A DNA stretch of 61,717 bases, counting the filler, from Trichosphaerium sp. ATCC 40318 (taxonomy: Eukaryota; Protista; Tubulinea): the NCBI GenBank assembly GCA_038496445.1. It is 3 parts of 3 records of this genome, joined end to end, with 100 filler letters (N's around TTAATTAATTAA, not from the genome) between each part and the next. Parts side by side here need not be neighbours in the genome. Positions count along the whole stretch, not along the records: positions 1 to 26,364 come from JALMLS010000176.1; positions 26,465 to 47,937 come from JALMLS010000317.1; 1 more part is not named here. One strand, 5' to 3'. How positions within the stretch are numbered: the stretch's first letter is position 1; each line of letters begins with the position of its first letter. The position numbers and the translations under genes were made by a program. The notes under the pieces are model-generated. The model had not been told where the DNA came from. It made no database searches and was given only the letters and a program-made list of their open reading frames with translations. Shown one piece after another: positions 25,109 through 36,715 of this stretch.

Positions 25109-26364
25109 ATGGCTGACGACTACGATAGCGACGATGACGACCCTATGAGGCTTTTTCAGCCTTGGAAGTTTTCTACGCCTTTGTCTCCATTAGCATCATA
25201 TATTGCGCTTATAGGTGACAATATCATATTATTACGAGGAAAATCCAATTTTTGACTATGTTACAGGCTCCGCTGCTTGGGATGTACAATGTCGATGGTA
25301 TTACACTCGTACGATAACGCCAACGCTATAACAATCATGATCTGAGTGTTTACAGGTTCGATTACTGGAGTTGTTGTGCCTAGTGACGTATGGATGTTAT
25401 TTTGTGCCCCAGACGTAAGTAATTATCAATACGCGACAAATCGTACTTTATAGCGCGTCACCGTGGTCAAATTATTTTATACATGTCGCCCTACGCTTAA
25501 AACTAGGCGTAATCACTACAAATATATTCAAAATCACAATGTAAACTCATTTAGGTATTATGCTTGTATGGCGTTTCAATAGTTTCATTCTTCTCTGTAA
25601 AGCAACTCATAATGTTATGGATACCGAAAATCGAGTTGCCAAGCATTTACGACCATTTCTCAAAAAGGTATCTTTCAGAGCGTCTAAAAACGCGCAAAAC
25701 AGGCTAAATTGGTTGTAAAGTAAATATTGACGCTTTGTAGAGGTAAAAACTTGAGACTAATGGAGCTTCCAAAGGAAATGCCATCTTTTGTTCAAGAACT
25801 TAGCAATAAAATTGTACAGTTCATAGAGCGATTTCAGGTGCGTTTAGTACCACAATAGGAAGCCTATATCATACCCTATTCTATGGTGTTATTATTAGGG
25901 CGTCTTATTAATATATGTATAGGGGTGGTGGAGTCGTTGGTCGTATGAAATTGTTGTGACAGGAATTGCATCCGTTGTCACATTTCCTTTGACAAAAATA
26001 TATGTTCGTGCTGTAACAAGACCAATGATACCTGAGAATATGAAATGGGGATCGGTTGCTGCAATATCAAAAGAAGTGTACCAAGAAGGTCTTTGGGCTG
26101 CTAATACAGTATGTTTAAATAGTGACTTTTTTTTTTTTGTTGAACAAAAGCTTAACGATTCTCCTGAATCATTTAATCCCTCATTTGCTATGTATTTACT
26201 ATGAAAAGATACGCAAAAAAATTACTCGTAGAGAGTTTAAAAAAACCAGGGAGCCAATCGCGTGTGGCGTTCTTAAAATAACTTTTTTATTTGGTTGCTC
26301 TTTTTTTTTTTTTTTTTTTTTTAAATCTCTTGTTTGTAGGGTCTAGTAAGTGTAATTCTACATT
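25109..26364 (+). CDS. Multi-exon gene cut by the contig end; weak resemblance to mitochondrial carrier family
   Basis: MADDYDSDDDDPMRLFQPW start with GT-AG introns; later exon GIASVVTFPLTKIYVRA...VYQEGLW loosely matches the carrier signature. Confidence 0.4.
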
Positions 26365-26464
26365 NNNNNNNNNNNNNNNNNNNNNNNNNNNNNNNNNNNN
26401 NNNNNNNNTTAATTAATTAANNNNNNNNNNNNNNNNNNNNNNNNNNNNNNNNNNNNNNNNNNNN
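26365..26464. other. Artificial contig linker
   Basis: 44 N + TTAATTAATTAA (stops in all six frames) + 44 N. Confidence 0.98.
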
Positions 26465-26983
26465 GTGTATTTGTGAAAGAACAAAAATCAACTTTACTTC
26501 ATTTTTTTATATTATTACTTCTTGTTATCCTTTCTCTTTTTTATATGTAGAGAGATTAGAAAGTGCAACCGATAATGTAGAAGTGGCATTATGTTTTAGC
26601 ATGTCAGAAGGTATATCGACAGATGATATGCTACCCGACACTTTCATGAAGATTGCAAGATCTTTTTGGATGCAAAAGAGATTTCGTGATATTTGTACAC
26701 ATGTGTAAAAAAAAAGTGAACTCAAACGTTGCTTTCTTGCCACTACGCGATGCAATTTGATCAGTAGACCAACCAATGTTTACAGCAGTACACAGCTTTC
26801 TGATGCACTTGGTGCTGTTGGAATTGACGCTATTGTATTGTGGTGATAACTTAGCGAAGTACACTAGCCGGGTGTAAATACAATAGGAGGAAACGAAGTA
26901 CATGCGCCAAGGTTAATAAGTGTGAATACACTTCCGGAAAGGTACATTCGCCAACAAACTAATTCTGAAGAGAGATGTTTGTA

Positions 26984-27256
26984 GCAGACACATTTTCCAC
27001 AAATGTAGACCAAAATCCACTCAAGTGGATTATTTGTATTCCCAGTTTTGGTTTAACACTATTCGAGTATGGGACAGCTAATATAGAGCACTGTTCGCTT
27101 TCGGTCGGGCCCGCCGCTTCGCTCGGGACAAGAACCCGACTTCGCTCACAAAATGTCATCCATTGGTGGGTATGGCAGCACAGGTTAATATGTGCTTGGT
27201 ACCAAAATCCACTTGAGTGGATTTTAGTGTTTTTATGGTGAAAATAGTATGTTTAC
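26984..27256. mobile_element. Mini-MULE H1 (273 bp) carrying a GC-rich structured core
   Basis: Perfect 9-bp direct repeat ATGTTTGTA at 26975-26983 and 27257-27265; left end GCAGACA matches the MULE-2 left end; 20-bp perfect inverted block AAAATCCACTCAAGTGGATT. Confidence 0.8.
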
Positions 27257-27469
27257 ATGTTTGTAAACGTTTAACCTTAACGTTTCGTCTAAGGTACGTC
27301 TGCTTAACCTTCGAAATCGGGCGAACTAATTTTACGTATGCTTGAGCTGTCGGCAATTTTTTTGCAGTGTTTTTGTAGTTTGTCGGGTTTTTTCAGTTAA
27401 GCCGAACTGTCTCAGCCAGGATAATTTGTTAAGAAACTACAATAAGTGCAATACTAGTTTACTCTGGCT

Positions 27470-29946
27470 ATGGCTGAAAAAAAAGCAGAGACTACAGCTT
27501 CGAAACAAGATTACGATGTTATTATCATTGGTACAACTAAACGAGGCGTACTGAGGTTATAACGTTGTATAGGCGCAGGGTTCAGTGGTCTAGCAGCAGC
27601 AAAAGAGCTGAACAGCGTGCGAAACGAAAAAAACTTTTCAGTTTTTGGTGTAGAACATTCGCAGCGCTTTCTTTGTTACTTCCCTCTACACGTGTTGTTT
27701 TTTTTTTTGGAGTTTTTACAAATCAAAAACGCAGTATTGCTTCAGGTCACTTTCTTTTTATTTTCGTTTTCCAAGAGGCAACGCAAAAATCAGAGTGAAC
27801 AACTTTTGTATCTCAACTTACAGATTCTTTGTAGAAGAAAAAAAAAGTTCTCGTATTGGAAGCTAGAGATAGAGTAGGAGGTCGTTCTTTTACTGCTGAT
27901 GTACTACTTGATGATGGCAAAACAAAAAGAACAGGTAATGAACCAGCTAAAAAAACCCTGTTTTCTGATTTAAATCCTTTCTAGTTGATTACGGAGCTAT
28001 GTGGATCGTACGTCTTTAGCGTCAAGGGTTATTACATGCATCTTTATCCTAATGAATCGTTTAAGGGTCCAAGACAACTAAGAATGAAAAAGCTAGTTGA
28101 GGAATACGGATTAAGGCTCTACACTACCTACTTTAAAGGTACAGTAGCAATGGGTTTGCACTACTTAGCAAATTGACAAAACACGTGACTTTCGGAAAAA
28201 TAAAGCTTCCTACTCCAAAAAAAAAGCAATTTTTCGGAAGACGGCACTTCTTTAAAGCCGCGAAAAGTAGTGCATGCCCATTCAGTACAACACTTTTTTT
28301 TTTGACAATAATTGTTAGGGACTCACTTGAATTACTTCCATGGAGAGAGGTTGGTACGTGAAACTAATGAATCAAGTTTTTTTTTCTTTATTTCCGATGT
28401 AATATTCATTCTTTTAGAAATACAAAGGGGAAAGTATGGGCCTTGGTATTTTCACTTTGCTCTCTATGTACCGATTGATAAAGAAGTTTGATTCAATGGC
28501 TAGTTCGATTGACCCAAAAGCGCCTTGGGAGCATGAATTTGTACGTACAAAACAAAAAGAGATCATTTGCTTTTGTTTTTTGTTTTTTGTTTGAATCCAG
28601 AATCTAAGTGTTCTTAGGCACTCAAGTATGATAGTCAAACAATTGCTAGTATGACTAAGGCAAAGTCTTGGACGACCAAAACTCGTAGTGTCATAGAATC
28701 ACTCGTTAAAGCCTTTGCATGCGAACACGATGAGATGTCTTTTCTATTTTTTCTGTTCACTTTGCAGGTAATTATAAAGCTACAAAAGTGACTTCTTCTT
28801 AATCATTACATACAGAGCGCGGGTGGATTAGACGCTTTTGAAGACGGAGAGGGAGGACCAGAGGAGTGGCTTTTTGAAGGTGGAACAATGCAACTTGCAC
28901 AAATGATGGCTGATGATATTGGAGAAGACAATATTGTACTAACATGTCTCGTTTTCTGCTCTTTTTCTTAACTACTTTGTAGAAACTTTCGCATCCGGTC
29001 AGTAATATTGAGTATAAAGACAAAGGAGTTAAAGTAACATGCAGAAATGGAAACAAATTCAGGGCTAAGAAGTGTATCTTAGCGATGGCACCACTCGTAA
29101 GATAGCCTCGAAATAGTTAGGATGATGTTTGACTGTTTTTTTTAGCTTTGCCAGAAAATCCGTTTCTCCCCTCAACTTCCTTGTGCACGTGAACAATTTC
29201 ATGCGCGTGTACCTATGGGTTCTGTGATAAAAGTTCATTTGTTTTACAAGACCTATTGGTGGAGAGATGCCGGTTTGAGTGGGCAATTGGCACGCTTTAC
29301 AGTACAGTTCTACAAATTAACATTGTTGTACAACAGCTCAGTGATGAAGGTCCTCTTAGCTATGTTATTGATCAATCATTTTCTGCAGACTTTAAAGTAA
29401 CAGACAAAGGGAAATATCAAACAACCCCAGCTTTGGTTGCATTCATCATTGGCAAGGATTGCATTGGTACTTTAGATTACATTTCCTAACTAAACGTTAC
29501 TTGGTCTGACCTTTGTATCCCAGACTGGTGTCAAAAATCAAAGAAAGAAAGACGCAAAGCTATATGTGAGCAACTAGAAAAGAGATTCCAAATGAAGGAA
29601 GCAGGTGACCTCATTGGTTACGCTGATTTAGATTGGTGTTCTGAAGAATACTCCGCAGGTACCTTTTTTTTATTATCTTTGTTCCTTGAACAATACCTAA
29701 ACAATCTTCAGGATGCTACGCTGGGTATATGGCCCCAGGAGTGCTAACTAAGTATGGAAAAATAATGCGAGTTCCAGTTTCTTCATTGCATTGGGCATGT
29801 ACTGAGTTAGCTACTTCATGGTGTGGTACGTGCTTTGTTTTTGTTGCCTTTAACTTTTTCTTTGTTGTAAATTAATTATAGGCTATATGGAAGGCGCAGT
29901 AGAATCTGGACAACGTGCTGCCGCGGAGATATTAGATAGTCTTTAG
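27470..29946 (+). CDS. Multi-exon flavin-containing amine oxidase (monoamine oxidase family)
   Basis: DVIIIG|AGFSGLAAA, VLEARDRVGGR, DYGAMWI|GPRQ, PMGSVIK, DWCSEEYSA|GCY, GYMEGAVESGQRAA. Confidence 0.93.
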
Positions 29947-30059
29947 TGCTTCTTCGTGGGTCAACCAAAGGCATAGCAAGTCAGAATCATAGGCGCAATA
30001 AAAACTGTTTACTCACTACTTAAAGTCTACTGATATTTACGCATTTGAAGTTTAGTCAA

Positions 30060-30195
30060 ATTTGACCTCTATTTTGTGTTAGCGCTAAACCTGAGTTTCG
30101 GGACGGTTTGTGAACATAGGTAAGGTAGCCTTTTGCAACTATGCAAGCTATTTGTGTATCCTTACGGAGCTTTACGTGAGCATATAGATAGAAAC
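30060..30195. repeat. Truncated copy B of the GGATTT MITE-like family
   Basis: CTATTTTGTGTTAGCGCTAA...TGTGAACATAG...GCCTTTTGCAACT...ACGTGAGCAT matches the other copies; right TIR absent. Confidence 0.7.
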
Positions 30196-30213
30196 CTATT
30201 GGCTTTATTTATG

Positions 30214-31395
30214 TTACATTTTTCGTTCTATCTCCTTCCACATGGCACGCTCCTCTTCTGGTGTCATCTCAAAATACTCGTCCTCTTTGATATCAATTGA
30301 TCGGTTATACTGATTGAACCAGCGTGAAAACAACTTCCACTTCTCTGATGCATCATCAAAGCCAGTAAAAATACTTTTGTATTTCTCAAGAGTGCCTTGG
30401 TTAAAACACTGAATGCGCAATACTGAAGGGAACATTTTACAATTCTCGTACGCTTGCATCTTGTGGTGTCCGTCTAATAAAAAGGAAGTGGCCCGTGGCA
30501 AGTCTAAACCTCTGAAGTGGTGTAATCTAGTGGGTTTGTAGTTTCCAGGCGTCAACATTACTACAAGAGGTCTGCATGTAGTTTCAGTTATAAGCTTTTC
30601 GTAGTACTTAACACGTGATTGATCAAGATATTTGCCATATTCATCCGTTACATGAGCATATTCTCCATAGTACATTTGTCCATTCATGGGGCAGTACTGG
30701 TCGAAAGGTCCGATATTGACAATACTTGCTTGGCTGCGAACATTTGATCGAAGTCCGTCATGTATAACACGTGTTACAAAGGCACGATGTTGAATTCTGA
30801 CCAAATATTCGCCGTTCGTAAACAAGTTCAAAAACGGTTGGAATTGCACGTGTAGAGGCAAATCTGGAAAGATGAATCCATTATTGAGTTGCCAGGTGAT
30901 ACGTTTCATGTCTGCCATTGCTTTCGCATCCCTTTCGGGGTATGCAGAACAAAACAAACGTTCAGATGAAGAATGCCGGTGTCTATCTCTAAAATCTATG
31001 ATGCTCTTGTTTGCCACGGACAATGTCAAAGCGAAGCCGCTGGTCATTTCAATGACGTTTTTACCATCCCTGACGTTTATCCAACACGGTTTAATGTCTT
31101 TAGGTGATTTTTGGTAAGCTAAACCTGAAAAAAACTGTTGTTTCGATAATTCTTGTTTAAGCCTCCCCAAGTCACCCATTGTACTTAGGACCCTCCTCCA
31201 AATCACATCGCTCTTTGCTACAGCTGTCCACGATTTGCAAACTAATTGTAGGCTGTGGTAGTTCTCGAAGCCGTAATTTTGTAATACAGATTGAAGTATT
31301 GCGAATAAGACATCATCGCAGATGTTTTGCCAATCTGGGGTTTTGGAGCGTTCCGAGTAGCTAATTTTTACTGGCTTTATTAGTACAGCTTCCAT
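30214..31395 (-). CDS. Intronless F-box-like protein with a C-terminal domain containing an LLDGHHK motif
   Basis: 393-aa ORF; WQNICDDVLFAILQ...LQLVCKSWTAVAKSDVIWR F-box-like; SFLLDGHHKMQAY. Confidence 0.8.
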   Translation of the reverse strand: MEAVLIKPVKISYSERSKTPDWQNICDDVLFAILQSVLQNYGFENYHSLQLVCKSWTAVAKSDVIWRRVLSTMGDLGRLKQELSKQQFFSGLAYQKSPKDIKPCWINVRDGKNVIEMTSGFALTLSVANKSIIDFRDRHRHSSSERLFCSAYPERDAKAMADMKRITWQLNNGFIFPDLPLHVQFQPFLNLFTNGEYLVRIQHRAFVTRVIHDGLRSNVRSQASIVNIGPFDQYCPMNGQMYYGEYAHVTDEYGKYLDQSRVKYYEKLITETTCRPLVVMLTPGNYKPTRLHHFRGLDLPRATSFLLDGHHKMQAYENCKMFPSVLRIQCFNQGTLEKYKSIFTGFDDASEKWKLFSRWFNQYNRSIDIKEDEYFEMTPEEERAMWKEIERKM

Positions 31396-31670
31396 GGGTT
31401 TGTAGTTTTATGATGGTCATAAATTGTTTTTTTTTACGATAAACAATTCCAGCTCATTTTTTTTTAGTGAATTGGTTTATGCTAAAACCTCTAAATCACC
31501 AAAGCAATTAATAGTTGCTATCATAATTGCTCCATAATAATAATTGTAATTTAGAGACGTTAGATATGGAGAACTGATAATTTTTTTTGAGTTTGCGTAC
31601 TTAACGAAAAGTACCACGTTTTTTATTGCTTTATAAGGATGTCAAAAACCTTGTCTGTTTTTTGTTTATT

Positions 31671-33632
31671 CTACAAAGTAACTTGTGGAGTATTTGAGAG
31701 TTTTACATTCGGTGTGTCGAGTGAGCTTGAGGGAGTACGTTTACTTGCTTTGTGTGTATGTAACCAAAAAGGTACGCTTTGAACAATGGATAGAGAATCC
31801 AGTATGAGAATGTAGGTAGTAAAAATTATCGCATACCAAAAGCCATCAGCTGCTTTAACTAAAAAAACAAGTTACACTACCCTTTTGTTTTTGTAGACCA
31901 CGTGATTGTCAAACAAAAAAAAGGTTATCATACGTACAATCAACTACAAAGGTAACAAAGAAATCAATGAGCAACAATGCTTGTAAGGATGAGAAAGCAA
32001 TGAGACGGGCTCTCATCTTAACAACAGTATTAGTTTTATCTATTAATTTCATGTGTACCTTTAACAGTCTTTTTGACTCGACTGTCATGCGCTTGATGTG
32101 TACAAATAAAGAACGACTAACTATAATACTATAGACCACAATAACAGCAAGTGAGAGAATTGTAGCTGTCTAGAGTATCACATCAATACAACATTAAAAT
32201 ATGCAGTACAACAATCAAAAGTGGCCTACCCATCGAAGTATTGACATATATTCAGCAATATTATTGCTCTCAAATGCTCTAGATATAGCCGAGGCAATAT
32301 AGAATATGAATAGCGCTACTATAATGCATATAAACGCTTTTCTTGTTTTTGAGATAAAGTAAGTGACTTTAACTTCTTTGTTTATAATAGCCTCATGCCT
32401 ACAATTCTTTGTTAGAATGTTAAGCCATTTCAAAAAACTGACAGAAAAAAAGGTGTACCAATACAAAGAGACAAGTAACGCACTACCAAGAGAAAACGGT
32501 AGTGATATTGCTATAAATATTTGTTGCACCGTATAAGGATAAATACGATGCCCTTGTAAAGGATCAATAAGCAACACCAGCCGTACTAGAACTAGAAATT
32601 AAATATGGCAGAAACAATAAAAAACCAAGGAGATTGACTGCTCATTTGCCCTTTTCTAAACAGTATTGAAAGACGTACAAACATTTGCAACTACCTCAAA
32701 TACCAGACAAACAATCGGGATAGTTAAAATATCTATTCTGAAACGCGGACTAAGCATACGTTTCCACAATATAACAGCTGATACTGCAAATGAACTCAAA
32801 GTATAAATAATAAGTAGTGTGATCGTGGTGTGAAAAGCCCAATGTGTAGTTACTTGATGAAAAGAATTACTATCTAAGACATAAAATGAGCAACACCTAC
32901 AAACGGATAAAGAAAAAATCTCTATGGTCATGTGAGTTCAAAAAAAAAGTTCAAAAGCTTCCGTGCCTGGAAATATGAAGCCACTAAGTTGTTGAGATTT
33001 ATTAATAAGACCAGGGTGAATATCTTCTTTTGATATTGTCACAATTGGAATATTCATTCGAGAGTCTTTCCGAGGGTGTCTTAGACGATAAGAAACAATT
33101 CCTGCTTAGTTTAGAGATATAAAAATTTTGGTAACCCATACCCAGGTTAGTGCGATCATTGACGGAATAAAGTACCAATATGGCACCTCTTTCTTGAAGA
33201 TCAAACGCGCTAACTGATATTTATTTTTCATCAAGGTTTAACACTGGTTTTTTGTGTTTTATTGCTCTTTAAAATGGTGTCGTACTCGTTTTCGTACTCG
33301 TGAATATCACTGTCTATGATAATAGCTTTTCCTATTCGAAATCTTATTTTACGCGTGATTTACAACCACAGTACCTGACACGTCACTACTATCACGTCTT
33401 ACAATTGTGATGTTTTTACCAGGCCAATTTTCCTCTACCGAACCAAGCACGTGCCCAACAGCCTTGTAAGTACCTTTTAACAAAGAAGGTTCTTCTATAA
33501 CCAAGAAACAGTCTACACTATTGTAGAAAGCAGACAAAACAAACAGTAACAGAAACACAGAAGTGTCTAGAACAGCAACAACAAAATTAGAAAACTACAG
33601 TATCACGAAAATACTACACCTTTCGTTGCCAT
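31671..33632 (-). CDS. Multi-exon multi-pass (about 7 TM) membrane protein with signal peptide and small extracellular domain (possibly PA-like)
   Basis: Hydrophobic exons such as LLIDPLQGHRIYP and SLPFSLGSALLVSLYW|HEAI; ends SNTPQVTL*. Confidence 0.65.
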
Positions 33633-34127
33633 AATAGCGCCACCTGGAGATTCCGCCGCTATGTAATTAAGTGATTAGTGCGAGTTGGTTAGTGAAGTGC
33701 GCAAGCGCTGTGTTTTAATACGGTAGAGACTACAAGACGCTTGCGTTCTAATGAAGGTCTACACTAGTTCACGTGACTTTCTAATATGGTGCACAAGTAG
33801 GCAACATAAACAAGTTTGTGAGTAGCCGTCCATTAGAATACCTACAATAGCCACACAAAAACGCACGTGCAAGGATCCACCTCACTCCAGTAGCGAGTAC
33901 ACTTTTGACAAGCCTGTTTATAGAGATGATATCAGCACTGGGATTAGTACTTGCAAAATGATATTTAATGTAGTTCACACTTAACACCATACTATTTTAA
34001 GTTTGCAAAGTTTGTGCACGTTGAACTTGTAAGACTTTTTCTTTAGTTATTTTGTTACCGGAGCTTTGCCTAAGTAGAACTATTGACGCACCAGTAGTTT
34101 GATAGTTAATCCCTCGTACGTACAATC

Positions 34128-34377
34128 GGACCCACGTTTTTTCCGAATTTTTCGAAAGAAACAATTCGAAAAAATAGAATTCGATACAAAAACCGAATGC
34201 CTATACCCACCAATGGATCACTATATGTGAGCGAAGGTCGGGTTCTAGTTCCGAGCACAGCGAGGACCCGACCGTAAGTGAACCAGGCGCTTTCTAGTTT
34301 AGTGGACTGCCCTAGCTATGCATCTTTCTACACTTTCGAATTTTTGTTTTCGGAAAATTCGAAAAAAACTATAGCCC
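34128..34377. mobile_element. Mini-element H2 (250 bp) carrying the same structured core as H1 in opposite orientation
   Basis: Imperfect TIRs built from TTTTCCGAATTTTTCGAAA / TTTCGGAAAATTCGAAAAAA; 7/9 direct repeat CGTACAATC / CGTACATTA on the flanks. Confidence 0.7.
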
Positions 34378-34569
34378 CGTACATTATTACGTAAAAAGCA
34401 TTCAAAACAGCTCGCATTGGTAGTACACTGCACGTACTATATTATATACGCGTGCAAGACCCGGAGTTAAGTGGCATTACACAAAACCGTAGTTATCTTT
34501 CGTTTTTCTGGCTGTGTATTACGTATTAGCGGCGCATGTAATATCATGCCCAAAGACGTAAAAAACAAT

Positions 34570-34809
34570 ATTTTGAGCTGAAATAGCGCTATTTTGTTGT
34601 AGCGCTAAGCCTGATTTTTCGAGATGGGTTGTGAACGTAGGTAGCTCGTTTGTGCAACTCTGCGAGCTATACCATTAGTACACCCATATGGAGTAAATTA
34701 TGTGGGCATACGAGCAGAAAGTTACGTGCTTGATACTAATCAGGAGTGCGCCTACAAAGTAGGCTTTTTTAGTGTTAAAATAAAATAGCGCTATTTCAGG
34801 TTAAAATCC
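34570..34809. mobile_element. GGATTT-family MITE-like element, copy C
   Basis: Perfect inner TIR CTGAAATAGCGCTATTTT / AAAATAGCGCTATTTCAG; body homologous to copies A, B and D. Confidence 0.75.
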
Positions 34810-34957
34810 TTTTTGATTATTTTCTGAAATACACGTGTCGTTTCACCTTCAATTTACGAATATTCCCTTATTCTTTTCTAGGTATTATTACTTTATATTG
34901 TACACTCAAGTGTACGTGTTAAATCAAGTTACATAACTTTCAACAACAAAAAAGAAA

Positions 34958-35760
34958 ATGGAAACAAATTCAACAAAGAGCTTGGCTTTTACTGTACTTG
35001 ATCTTCATGTGAAATTCAAACATATATCTGCATGTTCAACATTGAAGCATTCACAAAATTCCATACACTCTCAAAAAGAGCAGCAATCAATACACATTTT
35101 GATGCAACACTACAAAGAAAAGGACAATGGATAGGGTGGTATAAAAGTGGAAAAGTACGTATTAAACAATATAGTACAGGTCCATGTAAAGTTTGGTATG
35201 AGAATGGAAATATCAAGCTACAATGTATGATACATGGAAAGAAAAAAGGCGAACAAAAAGAGTTCTATGAAAATGGACAGCTCAAGTCACAAAGCATGTG
35301 GGTTGATGATAAACAACATGGTGAACAAAAAGAGTGGTATGAAAATGGACAACTCGAGTCACAAGGCATGTGGGTTGATGGTAAATGTCGTGGTAAAAAA
35401 ACAGGTTGGTATGAAAGTGGACAGCTCGAGGCATAAGCATGTGGGTTGATGATAAGCAACATGGTGAAACAAAAATGTGGTATTCAAATGTTCAACTAAA
35501 GATACAAAGCATGTGGGTTGATGGTAAACTTCATGGTGAAAAAAAGGTTTGGCATGAAACAGGACGATTAATAAATCAAACCACATGGTTTGATGGTGTA
35601 CAAACAAAAAAAAATCGATTTGTATACAAACCATGTGGGTTGATGATAAAAAACATGGAGAAATAAAAGAGTGGTATATAGATGGGCAACTAAAGATACA
35701 AAACATGTGGGTTGATGATAAAAAACATGGTGAAGAAAAAATCGATTTGTATAATTCAGC
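34958..35760 (+). pseudogene. Intronless MORN-variant repeat gene with an internal stop and frameshifts
   Basis: About seven 72-bp units of type WYENGQLxSQxMWVDDKQHGE; stop at 35434-35436 and a frameshift near 35610-35635. Confidence 0.85.
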
Positions 35761-35799
35761 TGTATCTTCAAAGTTTGACGCCCTTCTTTCCATGTTTGA

Positions 35800-36715
35800 A
35801 ATAAACTTTTACCAGCAAATGCCCTACATGTTCTTTTTGTTCTTTGACATAAGATACAGGTTAGACCTATCTTTTTTATCATTAATCTCTCCTGCTTATT
35901 AAAACGACATGTGCAAAAAAACAAACTCAAAAGGGATTATGCGTAAACTCCAGCTCGCCTCTGTATTGTTTAGGGCTGCAAGAGTATTTTTTGATTTGTA
36001 GTTTAGTACAAGTAGTATCTTTTAGGAATAAAAACTGTCCTTAAAAAGAACATCTATTTGGTCTTTTCACGAAATTGTACAACTCCACTGGCCAACCCAT
36101 TACATCCCATCAATGCAACTCCACCTCATTTCTTACATTTGGTCAACTGTATCCTATCCTTCCTTCAATAGATTGTGCTCAGTTAGAGTTTATAGCGTAC
36201 TATCCGGGTGTACTACCTATGACTAGTATTGGAACAATGGCGTACTTATTGGTATCAGCTTCAAATGACGACAAGTTTGTAGGGTTTTTTTGACCTTTTT
36301 GTCTCTATTTTAGTGATACAATTGTCTATAAAGACGGCCAAAACGTGTTTGCTTAGGAATAGAACCCGAAACCTATTGTGAAATGTCACGAAAAGTTAAG
36401 AGAAGGTATAAGACTGACCTTCACAATTAGTTGTCACGATATATATCTTGTAATCTAAAAATGATAATTCGGCTAGGAGGATTTGACATGAAATAACACT
36501 ATTTTGTTAGCGCTACTCATGCTTTTTTGGGACAGCTTGTGAACATAGATAGCCTTTTGCAACTCTATAGCTATACCATTAGCGTATCGTAGTGGATTTC
36601 TTCAGGTGAGCATTCCAACAGAAAATCACGTGTGATACTAATCTGGAGCAGCTACGTTACAATAAAATAGCGTTATTTCAGGGCGAATCCAAAGTAGTAC
36701 AACTGAAAGTAGTTG
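35800..36715 (+). repeat. ~1-kb dispersed repeat, copy 2
   Basis: Colinear with 15280-16316. Confidence 0.92.
36479..36690. mobile_element. GGATTT-family MITE-like element, copy D (inside repeat copy 2)
   Basis: Same ends and body as 16060-16291. Confidence 0.7.

Noticed and set aside
25108-25111. Overlapping ATGs on both strands (CATG) for two divergent genes
   Set aside because: The minus-strand ATG is not in frame with ORF 24668-25033 and no convincing intron links them.
27086-27178. Core as a hammerhead ribozyme or an intact tRNA
   Set aside because: No CUGANGA box, no acceptor stem, and the D-to-T spacing is too short for a canonical tRNA.
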